Source of the DNA: Chrysomallon squamiferum
Lineage: Eukaryota > Animalia > Mollusca
Length of the DNA stretch: 64,000 bases
Assembly: GCA_012295275.1 (NCBI GenBank)
Contig: CM022679.1
Location: 15,872,001-15,936,000 of the forward strand
Direction: 5' to 3'
The translations under genes and the position numbers were made by a program. The notes under the pieces are model-generated. The model did no database searches. It saw nothing but the letters and a program-made list of their open reading frames with translations, and was not told where the DNA came from. Below, in pieces: positions 32,055-64,000 of this stretch (positions within the stretch are counted from its first letter, which is position 1; each line of letters opens with the position of its first letter).

Positions 32055-32844
32055 GTAATAATGCTTCTTGACTAAATTACCCAAAGGATTTGGTATAATT
32101 ATATTTTTTCTTATCTTTGGAAGTGTAGTTTATGGTGCAAGTGGATTTTTTTTTGTCTCAGAGAATTAGTGAATAATACAGTTTTTCTTTTAAAGTTAAA
32201 AAAAAACTAAACACGTATTCTCACTATTTTCTGTTGAGACAAGAAAGCGAAAGCTCTGCAAATAAATTAATAATCTTGGACTCCTACGTTAGAGCCACTG
32301 AACATCTGCTGTGAAACTGGAAGAATTCAATGTTTACTAAATTCATGAATAGATTAATTCCATTGATATGTTTCCCATCAGTAAAAGGATTACATCTCAG
32401 TGTGTCTGTAATAAAAAGCTTACGACCTTTCGACACAAAACCAATTCCTGTGATACTGAGATACACGTGATACTGATTGATCCAGATTAATCTGAAATGA
32501 AGAGAGGTGCATAATCACAGAATCATCTGTTCTCTCTAATTAAACTTTTAATACTAGTTTCATCATTTGGACAGTAGGGTGGGAGAGGCACAAGCACAGG
32601 CAGCTCAGAAACATGCAATGTTATCGAGACTTAACCGAAGTACAAAAATCACTAATATTTCAAGAAAGAGAGAGACACACAGGCCTGAGAGAGAAAATAT
32701 TGTTTTATCTTCTTCTCCGATTCACTAAGGTTTATTTGACTACACTGTTATCAACGTCGGCTGAATTAGCTAATTCTTAATAGAATCACTGAGTGTTTTT
32801 GATCACCACTCATTCCCTGAGGCTTTGACACATTCAATATATAC

Positions 32845-32944
<100 letters not shown>

Positions 32945-33183
32945 ATCTATCTCTGTCTCTCTGTTTAAAATAAAATAAAAATAAATAAATAACAAGAATG
33001 CAACCATCACCACAAACAAATTAATTTTACCACTTTCAATATAATTATTTGTACTGCTACTGCTGTTACTACTACTACCACTACTTCTACTACTACTCTG
33101 CAACCACCACTACGAAAACTATTACTACTAAAAATAATAGCAATACTATCATCACACAAACAACATCAACAACAGCAACAACA

Positions 33184-33214
<31 letters not shown>

Positions 33215-33353
33215 AAACAATAATGATAATAATAATAATAATGATGACAATGATGATGATGTTAATGACATAAAATTGGTTACAGGAACACTATTTAATA
33301 ACGAAGGTCGTTAAACTGTGTAATGCTTCTAAATATGAAATCTTTATTTCCAG

Positions 33354-33617
33354 ATTGTTTTCAGTCGAGTCATGGATACTGCGAAACACACACCCAAGTC
33401 AAATAGAAACTGCCGAAGTGATGTAGCAACACCATTACAGAGAGCAACTCATGGAGTCAGCATAACACAGTGCGCATGTTGACTGCTAGAACGATCTGAT
33501 GACAACTCAGATTAACTTCACTTTATTATCAAGGAAATGGATTAACTTGTGATCTTTCATCAACAACAATAACAACAATGTCATTAAATCGTGAATTCGT
33601 TGACTAAACAAACGACA
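33354..33617 (+). other. 5'UTR part of gene A first coding exon, containing upstream ATGs
   Basis: Polypyrimidine acceptor TCTTTATTTCCAG ending 33353; in-frame stops before ATG 33618; seven upstream ATGs. Confidence 0.55.
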
Positions 33618-55140
<21,523 letters not shown>

Positions 55141-56147
55141 CTTACAGAGATTCTGACAGATTAAGCTACATTTTAAACGGATCCAGGGAGAGGTACCGTC
55201 TGCTCACCATCAGTATGTGTCTCCTTTCTCTTTCCCGATCGATTTGTTTTATTCTTCATGCAGAAATATTTCATCTACAACAATAACATCACATCATTCA
55301 TTTCTCAGTTTCTTGTTCCACCTTTGAACATCGACATCAGGAGTATTCCAGTATAAATGATTTCGTCCTTAACTAAAATGCAGGGAAAAAACATTTATAA
55401 ATACAAAAACAAAATACATGATAACTCAGTACGTGTTTTTTTTTTTGTTTTTTTTTGTTCTTGTTTGTTTTTCTTGTCCGTCTTCCCAGAATAAAAGTTC
55501 ATTTGTAAAATTACTTTGACTGGTACTTGTGTACCAAATACATTTATTTCGTCAGCCTAAACAACTATATTAAAAATACTTAAAATGTAATACCCGTAAA
55601 ATACTGTGGGCTAATTTCTACCTAACAATTACAGCTTTTTTTTCTTCTTTTTTTTGTTGTTATATTGTCTTTTTTGTCACGAGTTCAATTGTTTATGTTT
55701 ACTGCTGTGTACTTTTACAACATACTGGTTCATTTATTTTACATTTAATTTCTAATCAGTATTCTTTTTTTCCATCTTTGCTAAACAAACACAGACAAAG
55801 CAGCTTAGCCTTAAAAAATAATGAATAAATAAATAAATAAATAATTTTACAAAAATTTAAATTTAAGAATAGAACAAAAGAAATAACTAATTAACTAACA
55901 AAGGAATTTAGTGGGATGTAAACCATTATAAGTGTAGTTTTTATTTAATTACTGATTTATATTCTGATTTTCTTTTTTTCTTCTTTTTTCTTTATTTATT
56001 ATTATTTTTTTTTTTTCAATTGACATAAGTATTTTTGAAAACAGACAATAATCAAAAGAAAAAAACGACAATAATAATAAAAAAAACAAGCGTTAAAAGA
56101 AAAATATGTGTATTCTTTTAATGTCCCAGCATTTAAAGATTATAAAA

Positions 56148-56203
<56 letters not shown>

Positions 56204-56759
56204 CTTTGTCCATCAAAATTATGTTGTTACCTATATGGCTGCAAAACGTGACAGTTTGTGTTTGTAACATTTTATAAATCTTTAAGTTGATTATAAAATG
56301 TATCTTGCTTTTGATAAAATATGTAATTAAGTAAACGTCAGAATAGCAGCATTTGAACCTGGTTTATTTTTTAAAATGTAAGGTAAAACCGAGTTAATAA
56401 ACAAAATGAAAATCATATAAAATGTTGTTAATAATAATAATAATAATAATAGTAATAATGAATGAATGAACAAAAATAATGTTTCTAAAAATCCTAATAA
56501 TTAATAATATTAATAACTATTTAAAAACATTCTTTATTTTATAATAATGACAGAAAAATAATTTATGCAGAATCAGAATTACATAGATATATATATAATA
56601 TACTTATACTATGTAAGTTATCTTTCAGTTTCCAGAAATCTCAAAAGCTTACGTAGTATTTTATAATGTCTCATATTTATTATAAAAAAACAAAATCTCA
56701 AAAATAAAATGTTTACTATTGATTATAAATTGATATTCTCATTACTGTTTGAATTAACT

Positions 56760-57145
56760 GATAATTATCACTGAATGTAGCTGCTCAGTGAGTAGATACA
56801 TCGCTCAGTGTGATCACTCAAATTGTAACACCTCCATATAATTACTACACGTAATTACTAAGATTAATTACTGGCACGTAATTACTGAATCTGATTACCC
56901 AAATTATGATACCATCACGTAATTATTCATTATGAATACTCGAATATACTATCACGTCATTACTGAATTTGATTATTCAAATTAAGATATTTCTAAATAA
57001 TTACTCAATGTGATTACTCAAATTACGATACTTGTACGTAATTACTCAATGTGATTACTCAAATTGGGATATTTCTACGTAATTAATCAATGTTATTACT
57101 CAAATTACGATACTTTTACGTAATTACTCAATGTGATTACTCAAG
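56760..57145. repeat. 41-bp minisatellite (degenerate 5' part, clean 3' part) between the two genes' 3' ends
   Basis: AATTACTCAATGTGATTACTCAAATTACGATACTTGTACGT with period 41 at 57001/57042. Confidence 0.85.
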
Positions 57146-58574
57146 TGCCTCGATAAAAATAGAAAATTGTTGACCTTATTATGTACAAATAAATTCTAAA
57201 TTCAGCTCTGATATTATCTAACGTTGTTTGTATTTAATTGAACAGATGTACGTATGTATATAAGTTTGTATGTGGGGTTTTTTTGTGTGTGTATGTGTAT
57301 CTTTAAACAGCAGCAAATAAAACCAAAAACAACAAAGGCAACATAGTGTGGACTCAATACCAATTCACCTGATACCTGTTACGATTTCATAGCTCCGAAT
57401 AGCTTCCATCAGTCACTGATGTTAAATAATTTGGATTCATTCTCTCTACGACTAATTTGTGAGGTCAACAATTCAGTGACTTCTATCGATAACCACTCCT
57501 TAAATATATTTAAACCAGACTAGTTTATACGTGCTTATGAATCAACACATTTAGTACAAAAGGCTTCAAATAAGAGTTTTCGTGCAATTAGAGAAAACCT
57601 ATAAATAGCCACTTCATTAGCTACTCTAATCAGTGAAGAGTACTTGTCTTCTATAATACATTCAGTATTCCACGACGTTCGTTAAACTGTGAGATGTGAG
57701 ATGTGAGATGTGAGATTTGACACTGTCACCTGGGGTCAAAGTATCGTCACCTTACACGTAACGTCGTTATGAACTGTAGTGCGCACGCGCGCGCTTCTCT
57801 CGTTTACAAATTATGGTCCTCGTGCGTATTTTGGTGACTTGTAAATTGTACAATTCATATGGAATATTTGTTGTATCGGGATAGAGCCAAAGGTTACAGC
57901 AGATACAGACTGCATGTATTTGTTTTTGTTTATTGTAGAGTTTAATTTCATATCAGTTATATCAGTTCACTCCAATATATATGCAGGAAAACAATATTTG
58001 TAGGATTATTAAATGCAGATTTCTGTAATGTATTAATCCTAAGAGAAAAAACCTAAGGCTTGAATATATAACCATTATTATGTTCGTGGGAAAGTCAGGT
58101 ACGAAAAAAAACAACAAAAAACTCAATTTTTGATTCAGTGTTTTATGTGTTTGTGTGATTTTTTTTTTTTTTTCATTGAGAAATAAAAATGAAAATGGAA
58201 TATTTTGTGAATGCAGTTTGCATTATTCTACACGGTAGAACACAGCTATATAATACTTCTAAAAAAGAATACAATCAAATGAAGGGCATATATATATATA
58301 TATATATTTATATATCTATGACAAATTATATAAGTCTGTAATGAGCAAATACTATCTGGCAATAATTACACTAATTAATTTGAAAATTTTATTAACTCGT
58401 GACAATAATTAACACACTAAACATTGTTTATTTTACTGAAACAGTGTAACTTTGCAAATTCAAAATTAGGTGCAAAATTAGGTGCAAATGGATAATAATA
58501 TTTCTCTTTTTTCTTCAGAAGAAAACTGCAAAACTCTAATTTCTCAGAATTTGATTTTTTTAAATATTTCATTA

Positions 58575-58624
<50 letters not shown>

Positions 58625-58678
58625 TTATTATTTATTACTTCTACTACTACAACTATTACTAATACTAATACTTTTTTT

Positions 58679-58717
<39 letters not shown>

Positions 58718-59356
58718 TTATTGTTTCTAACACAGTGGATCAAGCTTTCCGTAGAGATTTATTATCAAAACCGCAAAGTGTTTTAACTCATCGAGCCCAA
58801 GTCAGTTACGGTCATAATAAAAAGCATCGAGACAGCTAATTTGATAAACTTTTAATGAACAAATTTTGAAATAATCTTGCAACAGTAATTGTTATTTTGG
58901 AAATTAATTTACTTGATAATAGTAATTAACAAAATAAAATAATATTATTGTTTTATATAATATTCTTGTGCAATGCTATTGCCATTAAAATTTGGTGCAA
59001 ATATTTTAAATTATGTCAACTGTATACATATATAGCAGTTCTAACAATGACGGCCATCAAAGGTTAGTTAAATATAAAAAGAACCAACCTTTTTATGACC
59101 TCTACTGGAACAGAAATAAAAATTGTTTTCCAACTTTAAGGGGGAAAAAATAATAAAAAATAAAATAAAATAAAATAAAATAAATAAAATATAGTAAAAT
59201 AATTAATAAAGAAAAGCGGAAAGAGAGAAAGAAAAGAGATTAAGAAATAAAACAGATTATACGATAAATGAAGAAATGAAAGAAAGAAGGAAAACAAAAT
59301 GAAGATATATATTAAGTAAAACAGAAAGACAAGATAAAGGAAAAATAGCAAATGCC

Positions 59357-59395
<39 letters not shown>

Positions 59396-60030
59396 AATAA
59401 ACATGTAAATAAATAAATAAATACACAGGTAAATAATTGAACAGATCAATGAAGCAATAGTATGATATAAAAGACTCAGTGTTGTTATGTATTCGAATCA
59501 AAACTATCAGTTTCATAAAATTTTAGCCTATTTTACGTACATACTGAATTTTAATTTATATGATAACCGGAACATTCCAAGAACCATAACTGTGGAAGAA
59601 ATATGTCTATACCCTCACTGACATATTCCGACCCATGTGAATATGAACAATACAGAGACTACTCTAATTTAAAGTTTGCATCTTTAGCTGTCATCTGAAG
59701 TTTAACGTTCAGTGAAATTCGTTTATGTTATACCGACTTTTGATATGATCGCATTAAAAGTTCATGTTCACTTCGTTCTCGAGGCTTGCTTCAGTTTAAT
59801 ATATTAACATAAATTATGCTGCATATAACTTACCAGTAAAATGTTGTGTGAAAACACCCTTAAATATTTCCTTCATTTGAATATAACCAATGTGAATTAA
59901 TAAATAATACCACAGCATAAAAGTAAGAAATGGATTTCAGGATATCAAAATCTTTTTCAAACTTGTGTTGAAAATCGCAAAGTTTATGAATGATTTGCAT
60001 TTTAACTGTTTTGACTTCAGTTCCGAGTCG

Positions 60031-60687
60031 CTAGAGTGTCTGATTGTCTGAAAACGTCACATTGTTCTGATGTCTGGAGGACGACGAATTGTTCACCTGA
60101 CTTCCGTCTGACACCCGACCTTGAAAAATCCTCTCCTTCAACACGACGTCGTTCTCGGCTACTTTGGGAACTGCCAAGTTAACGGCAGACGTCTTTGAGG
60201 AGAACGTCACTCTGTCGGAATCTCTCACGACGTCTGGACAGTCCTTTGAACTGTTCGATCCCGAGCCGTTGGCTTTGAGAATGGGGAGAAGACCGTTGTG
60301 AGCCGTCTTCACCTCACACCGCGACGTCTCCGGTTTGTACTCTGAAACGTTTATCACGCGCCGCGCGTGCGTGCTGATTGTCTCGGGGACTGATTTGGGG
60401 GCGACGGGGACGTCTACGACTTTAGGAGCGGGCGGCGACCGCTCCGACTTCGCGGTCAAGCACGATCGACTTCTAGCGAAGATGAGCGAAGGCCGAAGGT
60501 GCGGGTTGAAGGAATGATTGTTGAACGCGGCGATGCTCTTGATGGGGTCGTGGAGACAGTTCTGATTGTCAAACGTCTCGGCTGGGTTATCCAGGTGAAC
60601 GCCGCTGTCGTCAGAGTTTCGCGTTCTCTTCTCCCGAACTTTCTTGTCTTCACTCAGCAACCACCACGTGTGCATTTCACCTTTCCC
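60031..60687 (-). CDS. Gene B terminal coding exon with long low-complexity tail
   Basis: TTTCAG| [14 protein letters not shown]...FSDNQTL TAG; GC-rich open frame of 218 codons. Confidence 0.92.
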   Translation of the reverse strand, partial: GKGEMHTWWLLSEDKKVREKRTRNSDDSGVHLDNPAETFDNQNCLHDPIKSIAAFNNHSFNPHLRPSLIFARSRSCLTAKSERSPPAPKVVDVPVAPKSVPETISTHARRVINVSEYKPETSRCEVKTAHNGLLPILKANGSGSNSSKDCPDVVRDSDRVTFSSKTSAVNLAVPKVAENDVVLKERIFQGRVSDGSQVNNSSSSRHQNNVTFSDNQTL

Positions 60688-61189
60688 CTGAAAACACAGA
60701 AATATACTGCTTCCTGCTTATCATTATTTTTTATTTATTTATTTTTATTTTTATTTTCTCTTAAATTATTTTATTTTATTTGTTTTCTTTGTTTATTTAT
60801 TTATTTATTATTATTATCTTTTTTTTTCTTTCTAAAGTATAAGAAAAAAGAAAGTATAATAGTATCAGTATACAAAGATCGCAAGATAACTACATACTCC
60901 ATAACTATTAGTCTCTCATTCTTGTAATTATTCTTACGTAATGTTATTATATATATATATATATATTATGGTTTACTTTCTTTTTCTTTTTCTTTGTGTA
61001 TAATTTAGTCGTTAAGTGAAAATATTAAAAATTATGTCTACAAAGAGTTAGTATAAAAAAGATAACCGACTTAAAAAATAACTGTAATGTAAGCTATTCT
61101 TTCCAAACAATTTTATTTACGTTGTTGCTTAACAAACTACTTGGTGTAATGATTTAACTACTTGCTGTTTGTTCTATTAATGTAATACA

Positions 61190-61232
<43 letters not shown>

Positions 61233-61962
61233 CGGTGTTAATTGTTTCTTACCTTCATTGATACGAGTCCTCGATATTCTAATTCATATCCACCCAGTTC
61301 ATCGAGGATATCTTTAGTTCTTTGACTCACGTGTATTTTTAACGCTGAAGGACAAAAAAAGGAAACATGATTTTTTAGTCATGAAAAATATGATTATGTC
61401 TTTCCACAACAGAAATATTTCTAACATTAAACGTAATGGTTATTTTCTAATACTTGCGATTACTGATAACTAAATAAATATATTTATATATATATGTTTT
61501 AATAATATTCAAAAAATTTTTTTTTCGCATTTTTCTTTTTATTTTCTTGTTTTTTCCGTTTCTTTAACCTTTTTGTTTTTCTTTATTTTTTATATTTCCA
61601 TATTTATTTATTAACAGCGCATATATTATGGATTCAAAATGATGACATGACACGGACATTTAAAATATGCCATGGTACTTGTAAATAAAATATAAATTTA
61701 CAGCTTCTGTTAATATTTACCTTCTCCGTTAGACTCCATTCTTGACGACGTGTTGACGGTGTCACCAAACAGGCAGTAACGCGGCATTGTGAGACCAACA
61801 ACACCAGCTACCACTGAGCCTACTCGGACAAAATTTAAATTAGATTTATAACTGTTAATATTAGTTTCAAAACCAATTCATTCAGTGGTTAGGGCAGTAA
61901 ATGTCACTTACATAGAGTAGATGACAGTCAGTAAAATAGATATGAAAATCAGTGAAAACAAA

Positions 61963-62001
<39 letters not shown>

Positions 62002-62103
62002 ACTGATGTAAATACGATTTATAGCAAACCTTTGTCATTAGTGTTCTTGTTGGGTTTTTTTTGTATATTTGTTTTGTTGGATTTTTTGTTTTAAATTTTA
62101 AAC

Positions 62104-62173
<70 letters not shown>

Positions 62174-63079
62174 TTCTTTCTCTGCAATAATAATATATAG
62201 TAGTATTTTCAGCATAAACAGGACTTGTAGTAGCAACAGCAACAGCAGCAGCAGTAGTAGTAGTTGTAGTGGTGGTGTGTATAGTGAAAATGATAACAAT
62301 GGTTGTAGTAACTGTAGAAGTAACAACAGCAACATTTGTAGTAATAATAATAATAACAGTAATAGTAGTAGTATAACTACAACAGGATTATTTATTTATT
62401 TATTTATTTACTACTGCACAGAAACACTCACCGCTGTGAAGACCAATCCTGAGTTTGATCACTGTTCGAGGTTTGTGACGTATTTTAAACTGTCGTATGG
62501 CGTTAAGCAAGGCCAGGGACATTGAGGCGATCTCGCCTGCATGGTTGATGCCGTTTCGTTTGGGGAGACCACTCACAACCATGTAGGCATCCCCGATTGT
62601 CTCCACTTTGTACACGTCATAGTTCTTGATGATGGAGTCGAACAAAGTGTACAAGTCGTTCAGAAGATCAACAACCTGAAATATGGAGAGCGCAGCTGTC
62701 GAATAAAAATATGTAATCACGGGTAATGATATAAATGAAAAAAATATTAGCGGTTTTTTTTTTATAGTGAGGTTGGATGTATAAAATACGTTTATCATCA
62801 GATATGGTATCGTATCAACAATAACATAATGAAGAACATTATATTCCAAGCATTTTGCGTAACTGATTAATATAACAATAAGACAGTAACGTTGACTCAG
62901 TCCCTAGACATTTAAATTTATTTATTTTTATTTATTTATTTGTTTTTTAATTTAAATTTCATCGAAGGCGATGCCTAATTTTCTCTTTAGGACTTGATGG
63001 TCAAAGACTGAAAAGGATCTTAAGCCGGAAATGTATACCAGTTGAAGTATACAGCTTAAAAGAGTCTACGGGAGAAATG

Positions 63080-63167
<88 letters not shown>

Positions 63168-63358
63168 ACACAAATATATATACATACAAGTAAATCCTCT
63201 GAAATAAATTTAAATGTTAAAATAAGGTGTTAACTGTAAAGATTTAATGTGTTACTTGTAAAGGTGTAAAATGTTACCAGAAAACAACACAACACCTCCC
63301 AAAAAACCAAAAACCAAAAAAAGAAACCTAAATAATAAATACTAATGACAATGATTTG

Positions 63359-63393
<35 letters not shown>

Positions 63394-63566
63394 TTTGTAT
63401 ATTTTTAGTTATTTACGTTGCATGTTAATGTTAAAGTGTTACCTGTAAAGGCGTGCTTTCAGCAGACAAGGCTGTGAATCCACAAATATCACTAAAATAA
63501 ATAGTAACAAGATCAAAAGCTTCAGGGATTACTGGCTGCCCACGAACAAGCTGAGCTGCAACAATC
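60031..63566 (-). CDS. Receptor-type guanylyl cyclase, gene B (3' part only; continues beyond window); Gyc76C-like by motif recall
   Basis: Five minus-strand exons 63443-63566, 62432-62675, 61721-61819, 61253-61344, 60031-60687 splice in frame: [19 protein letters not shown] / [13 protein letters not shown]...[16 protein letters not shown] / [28 protein letters not shown] / LKIHVS...RGLVSMK / [10 protein letters not shown] plus ~200-aa tail. The receptor-type call rests on motif similarity to gene A, because no TM or KHD exon is in the window. Confidence 0.93.
61253..61344 (-). CDS. Gene B cyclase exon (92 nt)
   Basis: CTTCAG| [30 protein letters not shown] |GTAAGA. Confidence 0.94.
61721..61819 (-). 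CDS. Gene B cyclase exon (99 nt)
   Basis: GAGTAG| [32 protein letters not shown] |GTAAAT. Confidence 0.94.
62432..62675 (-). CDS. Gene B cyclase exon (244 nt)
   Basis: TTTCAG| VVDLLNDLY...LRIGLHS |GTGAGT. Confidence 0.95.
63443..63566 (-). CDS. Gene B cyclase exon (124 nt)
   Basis: ACACAG| [41 protein letters not shown] |GTAACA. Confidence 0.93.
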
Positions 63567-63579
63567 CTGTGTTAAATAT

Positions 63580-63780
63580 AGATACACAAAATATAACAGA
63601 TTTGTAACAACAGTGTATAAAAGACTGTATGTAACTATATGATATACATATATAAATATGATACAAATATAACAGATATGTAACAACAATGTATAAAACA
63701 CAGTATGTAACTATATGATATACATATATAAATATGATACAAATATATAACAGCAGTGTATAAAACTAAATATGTATCTA
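63580..63780. repeat. ~76-bp tandem repeat (~2.5 copies) in a gene B intron
   Basis: GTATGTAACTATATGATATACATATATAAATATGATACAAATAT at 63627 and 63703. Confidence 0.8.
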
Positions 63781-64000
63781 TATAATATAAATATATAATG
63801 ATTTTGTGCACAAAAATAAGAATATAAATATCTACAAATACAAATTATATTAATAGTTCTGAAAACATTTTTATTATTTGCATATATATTTAATTCTTTC
63901 TTTGTTTTGATTTTATTTTCTGAACGAACTACTGTGTTTCAATGAATGGATATAAATATTGTGTGTGCGGATGTGTGTGTGTATTGAAACACAATAGTTC

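Noticed and set aside
60335-60927. + strand ORFs opposite the gene B last exon (and - strand ORFs at 54848-55113)
   Set aside because: Shadow ORFs of GC-rich coding exons.

Overview
AT-rich, microsatellite-dense animal genomic DNA with spliceosomal GT-AG introns. It is probably a mollusc or other lophotrochozoan; this is inferred from the repeat types and not proven. Two genes can be built by hand. (1) A complete + strand receptor-type (single-pass) guanylyl cyclase: 20 coding exons, 33618-55140, CDS 3603 nt / 1200 aa, with signal peptide, ANF-receptor-like ectodomain, TM helix, kinase-homology domain, hinge, class III cyclase domain and a C-terminal tail ending ESVV. (2) The last five coding exons (60031-63566, - strand) of a second receptor guanylyl cyclase, tail-to-tail with the first, with identical cyclase-exon sizes (124/244/99/92 nt). 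The first ~33 kb has no credible protein-coding exon; nearly all listed ORFs there are microsatellite or satellite artefacts. The most unusual feature is a 46-bp minisatellite made from the end of coding exon 1 plus its 5' splice site (about 9 extra GTAAG donors), with a separate 7-copy antisense array of the same unit ~15 kb upstream. Also present: an internally deleted Tigger/pogo transposon, a 13-bp higher-order satellite bracketed by a direct repeat, a 145-bp duplicate sitting inside a (TA)n tract, two dispersed repeat pairs and SINE-core relics. No rRNA, tRNA or CRISPR array was seen.
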